A stretch of 64,000 nt of DNA from an uncultured Gemmatimonadales bacterium. Its GTDB lineage: Bacteria; Gemmatimonadota; Gemmatimonadetes; Longimicrobiales; RSA9. Every line of letters starts with the position of its first letter. Position 1 is the first letter of the stretch. Below the pieces are notes generated by a model. It had not been told where the DNA came from. It ran no database searches and saw only the letters and a program-made list of their open reading frames with translations. Of the stretch, positions 20,457 to 30,852 are shown piece after piece. The position numbers were made by a program, and so were the translations under genes. The stretch spans positions 480,001 through 544,000 of the forward strand of contig CAWCRS010000005.1 in assembly GCA_963798085.1 (NCBI GenBank), read 5' to 3'.

Positions 20457-21834
20457 CGCCGACTGCTGTAACATTGTGTTGGGGCGCGCGCCGCAGCCAC
20501 GTCTCGAAGCCGAGCAGCGCGAGTGCGAGCAGCCAGAGCCAGCGTCCGTCCGACTCCCCTTCTCCACCGCGCGCCCCGCGGGCGGCGGCGGAAGCCTCGC
20601 GCTGCAGCGGTAGCAGCGCCGTATCGGAGAGTGTGCCCGGCTCCAGCTCACGCACGGGCGGCGCGGTGGAGAGCGCCCTCGGCACGGCCGCGATCAGTGC
20701 GGCGGGCAGCACACTGCCCGCGTCCGCGGACGCGAACAGCAGCAGCCCCTCGTGACCCTGCACTTCGCCGCGCGCGGCCCACACGACCGGTAGTGCGGCC
20801 GCCGTCCGCGCGACGACCGTGAAGGCCGAATCAGCGCCGGCAGCGGCGCCGGCACTGGAAAGAGAATCGTCGCCTGTACCGCGTTCCGTTGTGAGCGAAG
20901 CGGCTGCGGCGGCGAGCAGCGAACTGGCGCGCAGCCGGGTGACCACCTCGGCCATCCACGGCTGATCCAGCGGCAACGCGTTGCGCAGCAGCTCTGCGCG
21001 GCGCTCGTATCCGGGATAGACAATGGCGACGGGCTGATCAGCGGTTTCAGCGGACACGGCCAGCGTGCGCGCCGCCCGGCCGGCGGCGTCGGCGCGGGCG
21101 CGCTCGGCGGTTCCGGCCTGTATAACAGGCTGTTTGAGCGGAGTCGCGGCTGCATGGGCACTCCATTCGACGTCGGTGCGTCCGGCGGCCAGTACAATGC
21201 GTGCGGTGGTCTCGACACTGTCGACGCGGGCGTGCGCCGCAATCGGCGCACTGTCCGGGCGCACCGCAATGCGCTCGAGTCGCACGCCCACGTCGGCGGG
21301 AACGTCGGCCAGGTCGGCGCGCTCGAGTGTGCCGAGCTGGAAGTCGGACACGACGATGAGAGAGCGCGCGCCGGGTTGTGTCTGCAGCCACGCGAGTGCG
21401 CCCTTCAGCGTGCGCGCAGGCGAGGCGGATTCGAGGATCACGGCCGTACCGGCGTCGCCCGCGAGCTGTCTCGCTCTGCTCCGGGCCGCGTCGAGCGCGC
21501 GCCCGCCGGCCGGTGCGGGCCTGCGCATGCTGACACTCGTGTCGACGACAATGGCCAGCGCCGCCGCACTGCCGGAGCCCTGGCGCCGTCGCGCGGTGAG
21601 CAGCAGCGGCTGCGCCAGTGCGGTGACGGCGAACGCGAGGATCGCGATCCGCACGGCGAGCAGCCAGGGATCGCTGAGGCGAGTGCGCCGTGAGGGCAGC
21701 AGTCGCGCGGCCTCGAGGAAGCGCAGCGTCGGGAATTGCAGGACGCGCGCGTTGCGCCGGCCCAGCAGGTGAATGAAGACCGGCACGGCGAGAGACAGGA
21801 GTCCGAGCCAGGCCCAGGGGTTCTGCCAGATCAT
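20440..21834 (-). CDS. BatA-domain / vWA-like protein
   Basis: MIWQNPWAWLGLLSLAVPVFIHLL...FPTLRFL; DTSVSM; VVSDFQ. Confidence 0.85.
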   Translation of the reverse strand: MIWQNPWAWLGLLSLAVPVFIHLLGRRNARVLQFPTLRFLEAARLLPSRRTRLSDPWLLAVRIAILAFAVTALAQPLLLTARRRQGSGSAAALAIVVDTSVSMRRPAPAGGRALDAARSRARQLAGDAGTAVILESASPARTLKGALAWLQTQPGARSLIVVSDFQLGTLERADLADVPADVGVRLERIAVRPDSAPIAAHARVDSVETTARIVLAAGRTDVEWSAHAAATPLKQPVIQAGTAERARADAAGRAARTLAVSAETADQPVAIVYPGYERRAELLRNALPLDQPWMAEVVTRLRASSLLAAAAASLTTERGTGDDSLSSAGAAAGADSAFTVVARTAAALPVVWAARGEVQGHEGLLLFASADAGSVLPAALIAAVPRALSTAPPVRELEPGTLSDTALLPLQREASAAARGARGGEGESDGRWLWLLALALLGFETWLRRAPQHNVTAVGDERVA

Positions 21835-22741
21835 GGCGCTGCGCCCGCGAAACCGGCGGATTGTCGCGCATCACGACGCAGGAGCCAGCCGCGCAGCGCG
21901 CGCTCCGGCGGCGCATCAGTGGAGAGCAGCGCGTAGTCAATGCCGTCACGCTGTGCCAGCGTGCGGCAGCGCGCGAGGAATTCGCTGACCGCCGTGCGGT
22001 ACCGCTGCCGGATGGCGCCGGCGTCGACGAGTCGCCGGTCGCCTGACTCGAGGTCCTGGAACGCGATATCGCCGCGGTACGGAAACGTCGTCTCCTCGGG
22101 CGACACCACCTGCAGCATGGCGACGTCGTGGCCCAGGCGGCTCACTCGCCGCAGCTCCCGCCGTGTCGCTTCCTCCGCATCGTAGAAATCCGGAGATGAC
22201 GAGGACGACGCCGCGTCGCTTGAGCAGTTCCGCGCCGCGCGCGATCACGCGTTCCGGCTGCCATGCGCCGTGCGGCGTGATGCGGTCGAGTCCGCGTGAT
22301 GAGCGAGCGCAGGTGCGGCCGGCCGCCACGCGCGGGCAGGTACACGAATCCGCCCTGGTCCATGGTCATGAGACCGACCGCATCGCCCTGCGACGAGATG
22401 AGCCACGCCAGTGCGGCCGCGACAATGGCCGCGTAACGGAACTTGCCCGGGCCTTGTTCCGGAAACGCCATGGATGCGCTCGTGTCCAGCACGATCATCA
22501 CAGACATGCTGGTGGTCTCGCGGAACTGCTTGGAATAGAGTCGATCCGTGCGCGCGAGGATCTTCCAGTCGAGATGCTTCAGGTCATCGCCGGCGCGGTA
22601 GGGTCGGTGCTGCTGGAACTCCGCGCTGAAGCCATGGAACGGACTGCGGTGGCCGCCAGCGCGCATGCCCTCGACCACGAGTCGCGCCGCCAGCTCGAGA
22701 TCGTGGATGGCCGCCACAACGGCCGGCGACAGCGCGGACAT
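21831..22741 (-). CDS. DUF58 domain protein, frameshifted
   Basis: GGHRSPFHGFSAEFQQHRPYRAGDDLKHLDWK; LDTSASM. Confidence 0.9.
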
Positions 22742-22745
22742 CAGC

Positions 22746-23772
22746 TCAGGGTCTCACGGCTTCGAGCAACCGGCGGATGATCTGGTCCGGATCGATGCCG
22801 TCCGCCTCCGCCTGGAAGTTCACGAGCACGCGGTGACGCAGCACGGGTAACGCCACATTACGGACATCGTCAGGCGAGGGCACAGTGCGACCATCGAACA
22901 GCGCTGCGGCCTTGGCGCCCAGCAGCAGCGCCTGCCCGGCACGCGGGCCGGCGCCCCAGCGCACGAAATCCCGCACCTGCTGCGGCGCGCCCGGATCGGC
23001 CGGGCGCGTCGCGCGAATGAGGCGCAATGCGTAGTCGACGACGTTGCTCGCCGCGGGAAGATCGCGCACCAGCATCCTTGCCGCCTCCAGCTCCCCGCCG
23101 GTCGCCACTTTTGCAACCGCGGGCTCGTCGCCTGTCGTGGTCTCGGCGAGGATACGACGCTCATCGGCCAGTTCAGGGTAGTCTGATCACGACATTGAAC
23201 ATGAAGCGATCGAGCTGCGCCTCGGGCAGCGGGTGTGTGCCCTCCTGCTCGATGGGATTCTCCGTCGCCAGCACGAAGAGCGGCCGCTCCAGTGCGTAGC
23301 GCACACCGCCTACGGTCACCTGATACTCCTGCATCGCTTCCAGCAGGGCAGATTGCGTGCGCGGCGGCGTGCGGTTGATCTCATCCGCGAGGATCACATT
23401 GGCGAAGACCGGCCCGGGAATGAAGCGGATCTCACGCTTGCGTGTGACCGCATCCTCCTCGATGACATCGCTGCCCAGAATGTCCGATGGCATGAGGTCC
23501 GGCGTGAACTGAATGCGATTGAACTTCAGGCTCACCGCGTCCGCCAGCGTCTTGATCAGGAGCGTCTTCGCCAGGCCGGGCACACCGCGCAGCAGGCAAT
23601 GGCCGCCGGCGAACAGGCAGATCAGCACCTCGCGGCGGACCTGCTCCTGGCCGATGATGACACTGCCGATTTCCTGATCGAGGCGGGCGGCAAGCGCGGC
23701 TGCTTCTTCGAACGAGAGGGCAGGCGCGTCGGCGGGGGTGGCCGGAAGCGGTTCGGTGATCACGTCGCCCAT
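22746..23772 (-). CDS. moxR: MoxR family AAA+ ATPase, frameshift near 23175
   Basis: GVPGLAKT Walker [53 protein letters not shown]. Confidence 0.93.
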
Positions 23773-23955
23773 GATACTCGCCGGTCCGCGCTCCTGCCAG
23801 CGACGGCGCCCGGGTGCCCGCGTACCAGTGCCGGCCGGGCGAGGGCGCGCGCCCTCGGGTGCGCCTGCACCGCGATGCCTTGCCCGGACGACCCCGATCG
23901 CCCCTACTATGTCCGACATTCGCCCATCGATTTCCTCCGACACAGGGATGCCGCC

Positions 23956-26097
23956 ATGAGAGCGAGTCGCCTCGCGGTCAGTGCGCTCATCAGCTCGGGC
24001 CTGATCCGGCCAGCCGCAGCGCGCGCACAGGAACGGGAAGATCGCACACTGCTCACGCAGGAGCAGATGACCGCGATCATCAATGAGGTGTCGGGCGAAC
24101 GCGCAATGCACCACGTGCTCGAGCTGGTTCCTTACCAGCGCGTTCGTCTGCCGGAGGAGTACAACGGTCCCTACCGCGAGAGCCGCGTAATGGCGGATTT
24201 CGCGAAAGAGTACGGCTTCAGCAATGTCAGCATCGAGGTATTCCAGCAGGGCGGCACGGCATGGCAGCCGACGCGCGGCGAGCTGTGGATGACGACGCCG
24301 ACGAGCGTCAAACTCTTCGACATTCACGACATCGCGCTCGCGCTCGCGTCGCTCAACGCGAACGGAGACTTCACGGCTGAGCTGGTCAATGTGGGAGCGG
24401 GCCGGCCGCAGGACTTCGAGGGCAGGGATGTCAAGGGCAAGTTCGTGCTCTCCTCCGGCTCGACCAGCGCGACCTATGCGCAGGCCGTGCAGCGCGGCGC
24501 GATCGGCGTGCTCGGCATCAGTGCCATCGGCTACCAGCGCGCCATCGATTATCCCAATCAGATCGTGTCCAGCACCGTGAATGCGCAGCCGGGCACAGTG
24601 GCGTGGTCCGTGACGCCGGAGGTGCAGCACAACCTGGAGGCGCTGCTGCTGCGCGGCGAGACCATCACGATCCGTTCGATCACCGAGAGCGTGCAGGTGC
24701 CCAGCAAGTCCGAGTACGTGCACGCGGAGATTCCGGGCGATGGCAGCACCACACAGGAAGTGGCCATCAGCGGCCACCTGTACGAAGGCGTTATCAAGCA
24801 GGGCGCGAACAATGACAATTCCGGCTGCGCGCTTACGCTGGAGATCGGCCGTGCCTATCTCAAGCTCATCAAGGAAGGCAAGCTGCCTCGCCCGAAGCGC
24901 ACGATCAACTTCCAGTGGGTGCCGGAAATCTCGGGCACGAATGCCTACCTCAACGCGCACCCGGACAAGGCGAAGGCCATCATCGGCACGCTCAACTTCG
25001 ACATGGAGGCGATCCGCGTCGGTGACAGCCGCAGCTACTGGGTATTGCAGCGCACGCCCGACACGTTCCCATCGTACCTGAACGACATCGCGCAGAGCAT
25101 GATGGAGTACATCGCGGACGTCTCACGCGAGCGCGTACGCTTCCGCCGCTCCCTCTCCGGCTACGCGCCCTCCGAGCCGGTCGAGTCGCCGCGCGGCAGC
25201 AAGGATGCCTTCTACATCAAGATCGACAAGCACTACGGCTCGAGCGACCATGTGACCTACATGCAGCACGGGATTCCGGCGGTCATGTTCATCACCTGGC
25301 CGGACATGTGGTACCACTCGTCCGAGGACACGCCCGACAAGCAGGACCCCACGCAGTACAAGCGCGCCGCGGCCGTGGGCCTGGGCGGGCTGGCCGTGCT
25401 TTCCACGGGCACGGACGAAATGGCGGCCAGGGTCGTGGATGACAACCTCGGGCGAGGCCTTTCGCGCATGGGCGAGTCGCACACCAAGGGTCTGGGCTAT
25501 CTGGCCGACGCCAGCAATGCCACGCTAACCCAGGCTTACAAGGAAGCGCGCAACGCCGTCCAGCACCAGGCCGACATCGAGAAGGGCGTGATCCGCTCCG
25601 CCAGCGTGCTCTGGTCCAACGTCGACGACGGCCGGAAGAAGACCGCGGTCTTCGAGCCGCTCATCGACCAGCGCGCCGCTTCGCTGCTGAATGAAGTCAA
25701 GGCCGCGTACCAGCTGCAGGCCATGCAGCGCGGCGTGCAGGCGACTGAACCGGTCGTGACACCGGAGGAACGCGAGGCCTCGAACCTCGTGGTAGAGCAG
25801 GTCGAGAACGCCGGCGGTGGCCGTGGTGGCGCCGGTGGCCGCGGGGGTCGTGGCGGCGGCGGTGGCGCGGGCGGCGGCCGTGCGGGCGGCGGCTTCGGCC
25901 GCGGTGCGGCCGGACCCAGCCTGCCTGACGAGTTCAATGCCGAATTTACGATCCTGCTGGGCAAGAAGCTGACTGTGCTGCAGATCCGCGACTTCCTGTC
26001 CGGCGAGTTCACGCCGCTGCCGCTGGCCGACGTGATGGCCGTGCTCCGCGCCCGCGAGGCGGCCGGCGCCATTCGTCTGGTCCCGCGTGGCCGCTAA
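23956..26097 (+). CDS. Secreted M28 family peptidase with PA-like insert
   Basis: Signal peptide; [38 protein letters not shown]. Confidence 0.85.
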   Translation: MRASRLAVSALISSGLIRPAAARAQEREDRTLLTQEQMTAIINEVSGERAMHHVLELVPYQRVRLPEEYNGPYRESRVMADFAKEYGFSNVSIEVFQQGGTAWQPTRGELWMTTPTSVKLFDIHDIALALASLNANGDFTAELVNVGAGRPQDFEGRDVKGKFVLSSGSTSATYAQAVQRGAIGVLGISAIGYQRAIDYPNQIVSSTVNAQPGTVAWSVTPEVQHNLEALLLRGETITIRSITESVQVPSKSEYVHAEIPGDGSTTQEVAISGHLYEGVIKQGANNDNSGCALTLEIGRAYLKLIKEGKLPRPKRTINFQWVPEISGTNAYLNAHPDKAKAIIGTLNFDMEAIRVGDSRSYWVLQRTPDTFPSYLNDIAQSMMEYIADVSRERVRFRRSLSGYAPSEPVESPRGSKDAFYIKIDKHYGSSDHVTYMQHGIPAVMFITWPDMWYHSSEDTPDKQDPTQYKRAAAVGLGGLAVLSTGTDEMAARVVDDNLGRGLSRMGESHTKGLGYLADASNATLTQAYKEARNAVQHQADIEKGVIRSASVLWSNVDDGRKKTAVFEPLIDQRAASLLNEVKAAYQLQAMQRGVQATEPVVTPEEREASNLVVEQVENAGGGRGGAGGRGGRGGGGGAGGGRAGGGFGRGAAGPSLPDEFNAEFTILLGKKLTVLQIRDFLSGEFTPLPLADVMAVLRAREAAGAIRLVPRGR

Positions 26098-26116
26098 CAG
26101 CTCATGCCGCGCACGT

Positions 26117-28358
26117 TCACTGCGGTGGATCCTTCTGTGCGCTGCAGGCGGTGGAGCGGCGGGGCGTGCAGTGGAGGGTGGCGGGGAGGATGGTGCCGGC
26201 GATGAGGGCGGGGATGGCGGTGGCGTTGTCGGTGAGGGTGACGTCCTGCTGCAGCGTGGATGCGAAGAGGGTCAGCTCTTCGCTTGTGCGGCCGATGCGG
26301 GTGCTGCCCTGCACGGTGGTGGCGATCAGCTCGACAGAAGCGGCGCCGCTCGACGTGAGGCTGCCGGTGATGCGGCTGTTCGTGGCGAACAGTGAGGCTC
26401 CCGGCGCGATGGTCACGGCACCGGTGATCGTCGCCTGATCGAGGCAGGTAGTGCCGCCGGGCACTGCTAACTCACCATTGTGCGTGCCCGTGATGCGCGT
26501 GCCGCATTCGGGTGCGGGCATCAACGCCACCTGGAAATGCCTTGTCCCGCCGATGTTGCCGGCCGCGTCGCGGGCGCGGTACTCGATGGTGTGGATGCCC
26601 CAGCCGGGTGCGCGCGGCTCCCACGGCTGCGGCGACAGGCCCTCGCGGCTCAGACTGCCATAGACCAGCGCCTTGATGGTTGTGCCGCGCGGCGTAAAGA
26701 GGAACGGCGTGCCCGCGGGGGCATCCGGCCAGCCGAAGTACTGGTACCAGCCGTCGCCATCGACGCGGAACTCCGGCACGATGTAACCGGACTCATTGTC
26801 CGTGGCCTCCAGCTTCATGGTGAACTGGTCGCGAATGAAGTACAGATGGCCGCTGTCCGGTCTCATTACCGCTGCGACCGGTGCATCCAGCTGGTACGTC
26901 ACAGCTGGACCGGTATTGTCCACGGTCCAACACAGTGTTTGTGAACCGCTCGCCGGACTCGCCGCGTCGCTGACGGTCGCACGGAGCTGGTGCGTGCCGG
27001 GCGCCAGGTGCTGACTCGCGAGATCGAACGTGCGGCGATTCCGGGGATTGGCGATCGTGCGGCCGTCCAGCTGCCAGCGCACTTGCAGAACGTGATCGGC
27101 CGGGTGCGTCGTCTCCACGTACACGACCTCGGTGCCGGCTGCCGGTCGCGCCGTGTCGGTCGCTGCGGTGAACGCGGGCTGCACGGGGGCTCCGGCGCGC
27201 AGCCCGCCTGTAGTCCACGAACGTGTGGCCGTGAGCGAGCTGTCGCGGATCGCGGGGTCGCGTACAAAATCGGTGGGATCGGTCACCGTTACGCTGATGC
27301 GGTGCGTACCCGCGGTGAGCCCGAGCGTGCGCAATTCGAGATTGCGGCTGCCCGTGGCGGCGGGCAGCAGCCGGCCATCGAGCTGCCACGCCACATCCAG
27401 GTCGTGGTAGTTCGGATGCGCTGTCTCGATCCAGACGACCGCGTTCGGCGCGACGGGCGAGTCGACAGGCGTGGACGCCGCGATCAGCTCGACCTGGCCG
27501 GAGATGCGCTGCGTCATGCGCTCAAGACTGACCTGGTCGAAGTAGTAGCCCAGCGAGATCATCATCGAGTGCCGGCTGGGCCGCCAGAATGCCGGACGTG
27601 CGCGACTGTCCCCCCTCATAGAGGCCGATGGTCCCCCCGGCCTCGCTCGGCTCGCCCAGCCAGCGCCACCACTTCGCGTGCTGCTCACGCATCTGCACTT
27701 CGCTCAGCGTGGTGTGGTGGATGGACGCGGGCTCCGGCCCGGCGTACGCGGGCCCCGCCACACCGCGCGCGCTGTACGTGTACTCGTCCTGCAGCCGGCC
27801 CAGTGAATGACCCAGCTCGTGCGGCGTGATGTACGGGCCCAGTGCGTTCCCGCCCAATGTGGTCGCCACCGCACCGCCCAGCCCACCGTACGTGTCCGTG
27901 TTGGCGATCACCAGGATCTGGTCGTAATCCGGTGTTGCCATGCGCGCGTAGCGGCGGGCCGCTTCCTGGTCCACGGCGATGCCGCGCGCGTTGGCGTCAT
28001 CGCAGCCGCCCATGAAGCGCATGGAGAGCGGTGTCGTGCGTTGCACGCGGTCTGCGGGGTCACACGTGATGCCCGACTCGGGCGATACGATCTCCACGGC
28101 GTACACGTCAATGTAGTTGCGATAGCTGCGGAACGGTTCCAGGCTCCAGAGGATATTGAGGTGGCGATCCACGTGTTCGCGGAAGCGTGGCATTTCGGCG
28201 GCCGTGTAGCCATCGCCCAGGATCACGAGCGAGAAGCGCTGCGCGGCATCGCCGGTCACCTGGATGGGCACGACACGCGCGCTTCCGGCCTCCTGCCCCG
28301 CCACCGCCTGCGCGGCCAGCGCCAGCCCCATTGCCAGCAGTGTTATGCTTCCTTTCAC
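26117..28358 (-). CDS. Secreted M64 (IgA-peptidase-like) metallopeptidase, frameshift near 27590
   Basis: LVILGDGYT, EPFRSYRNY, HELGHSLGRLQDEY, WRPSRHSMM. Confidence 0.87.
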
Positions 28359-28574
28359 CTGCCCTCCGCTGCCTTGTGCGCGCATGCAGGCGCCGCTGCA
28401 ACGTACCCTCGGGGCGTCGCTCGGGCGAGCGCACGCCGGTCGCATGGCGGGCTGTTGCCGGCGAACGCGCATGCGTTCTACTGTGGCACGTGATGCCGCG
28501 GTCGCGTAGCAGGCGAGGACAGACAGAAGACGCCGACAGAGCATCGTCGCATATTGCGTTTTACGGAGGACCCG

Positions 28575-29486
28575 ATGTCGATACGGCCGGTCAAGCGGAT
28601 CGTGCAGTCCATGCCCACAGTCGAGGGTGCAGGCGTGCGCCTGCGGCGCGCGTTCGGCTTCGGCAACACGGAGGAAACCGACCCGTTCCTCCTGTTCGAC
28701 GACTTCCGCAACGACAATCCCGGCGACTACCTGGCCGGGTTCCCATGGCACCCGCACCGCGGCATCGAGACCATCACGTACGTGCTGGCGGGCAATGTCG
28801 ACCACGGCGACAGCCTGGGCAATCAGGGCACGCTGGGCGCCGGCGATGTGCAGTGGATGACGGCCGGCAGCGGCATCATCCACCAGGAGATGCCGAAGGG
28901 CGATGTACAGGGCCGCATGCACGGCTTCCAGCTGTGGGCGAACCTGCCATCAGCGCTCAAGATGAGCCGGCCACGCTATCAGGATGTCAGTGCCCCGGAC
29001 ATCCCCGAAGTCACCGATGACGATGGCACGCACGTGCGCATCGTGTGCGGCGATTTCTGGGGAAAGAAAGGGCCCGTGGATGGCATCGCAGCGGATCCGC
29101 GCTACCTCGACGTCTGGGTGCCACCGGGCCAGCGCAAGGTGCTGCCCGTCGAGACCACGCGGCACGCGTTCGCCTACATCTTCGAGGGCAGCGCAAGCTT
29201 CCGTGATGCCTCGCAGCCCGGCTCCGTGCGCACGGACAGCGTGGGCGAGAGCCATGTGTCGCCCGCCGTGGCGCGCGAGACCGGCAATCGCTCACTCGTC
29301 CTGTTCGATCGAGGCGACGACGTGACCGTGACCGCCGGCGAGCACGGCGTGCGCTTCCTGCTCGTCTCCGGCAAGCCCATCGAGGAGCCGGTCGCGTGGT
29401 ACGGGCCCATCGTAATGAATACGGAAGAGGAATTGCGTCAGGCCTGGACCGATCTGCGCAACGGCACCTTCATCAAGGAGCGCTGA
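28575..29486 (+). CDS. Pirin family protein
   Basis: DPFLLFD, GFPWHPHRGIETITY, HGDSLGN, VQWMTAGSGIIHQE, FQLWANLP, GPIVMNT. Confidence 0.95.
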   Translation: MSIRPVKRIVQSMPTVEGAGVRLRRAFGFGNTEETDPFLLFDDFRNDNPGDYLAGFPWHPHRGIETITYVLAGNVDHGDSLGNQGTLGAGDVQWMTAGSGIIHQEMPKGDVQGRMHGFQLWANLPSALKMSRPRYQDVSAPDIPEVTDDDGTHVRIVCGDFWGKKGPVDGIAADPRYLDVWVPPGQRKVLPVETTRHAFAYIFEGSASFRDASQPGSVRTDSVGESHVSPAVARETGNRSLVLFDRGDDVTVTAGEHGVRFLLVSGKPIEEPVAWYGPIVMNTEEELRQAWTDLRNGTFIKER

Positions 29487-30781
29487 CAGGTCCAACGCAG
29501 GACAACGCCCCGCTGCTGGCCTGCGCGCCGGCGGGCGCATGGATGTCGTAGCGGATGACCGAGGGCGTGTTCTCCTTGTCCAGCTCGAGGCCATACAGGC
29601 TGCAGCCACGGAAGATTTCAAGTTGCAGCCGTGGCGGCAGGAGCAGTCGGCCGCGCGGCTTCCAGTCGGGCCCGAGCAACAGCCATTCGATCAGCATGGC
29701 CGGATCCCAGTTCGCGTACGGACGTTGCGACACGTCGGGTCGACGAATCAGCAATTCGCCAGGACCCGAAGCGATCATGGCATTGATCACAGGCCGATAC
29801 TTCGCACGCTGCAACCGTTTCCAGGCAACCTGCGGCGGCGGCCTTCCCCGCACGACTGTCTGCAAGGACTGCTGATAACCGCGCTTGTAGTCTTCAGCAT
29901 CAATATCCGAATTCTGAATCCTTGGTGGCCTGCCGATAATGCGGTGTTCGCGAACACCCGAGAGTGAACGGATCTCAATGTCGACGCTGTCCGTCACGGA
30001 ACTGTAGATGCGCGTGTGGCTCACCGCAGTCACCGGATAGGCGCCGAACAACACGCCTCCGAAACCCCGCGTTGGTGCCCCAGCTGAAGAACGTGAGACC
30101 CGCCCCGAAGACAGCTTCGCCCACGTCGCCGGTCGCCGGATTCAGTATCTGCACGAAGTAGCCGACCTGATCCTCACCCGCATCGGACTCACCCGGCATG
30201 CGCTCCTCCAGCGCCAGACCCGCGGCTGTTCGCTCCATATGCACGGCACCGCGCCCGCCCGGGAAACGCGCAAGGGTGCCGGTTGCCCGTGGTGGAGCGT
30301 TCAGATGCAGCTGAATCCGTTGCAGGAACGTGCCATCAAGGTCGAATAGCTGTTGGGTGTTATCGAGGATGAACAGCGTATCGCCGCTGATCGTGATTTG
30401 CCTGGGACTGCGCAGTTCGCCCGGTCCGTCGCCGCGATGGCCGATGCGCCGCAATAACTGGCCTTGCGCATCGAATACGCGGACCTCGGCGTCACGCGAC
30501 TCCAGGACATCGACGTTTGCCGCACTGTCAACCGCGATACCACCGAGGCTCACGGAGTAGAAACTGTACGCCTCGCGTGGATCATCACCGCCCAGGACCA
30601 GCGCACGGGTGGCTTCCAGCAGCGGCGCTGACGCCAGCGCCTCGGCGGTAATGACGGTGGTGCTGTCGTTCGATGCGAAGGTGGCTTCCTGCGGTGCAGC
30701 CGCGTGGCAGGCGTCGGTCAGAATGCCGGCGAGTGCTGCGGCAATACACCAAGCGGCCCACCGCGCTTGGTGACGAACCAT
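29473..30781 (-). CDS. Exported beta-propeller (6-bladed/NHL-like) protein, frameshift near 30055
   Basis: VRVFDAQGQLLRRIGHRGDGPGELRSP; C-terminal GLELDKENTPSVIRY. Confidence 0.65.
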
Positions 30782-30852
30782 GCGCGGCGATTCGTGCCGG
30801 CGAGTGCGGGGGCTCACGTCGCCTTCCGTTGCCTGCTGTCAGTGGACGCGAC

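Noticed and set aside
23840..23857. Perfect 18-bp palindrome cgagggcgcgcgccctcg in the moxR/M28 divergent region
   Set aside because: Nearly all GC and single copy; cannot be separated from chance or a simple hairpin.
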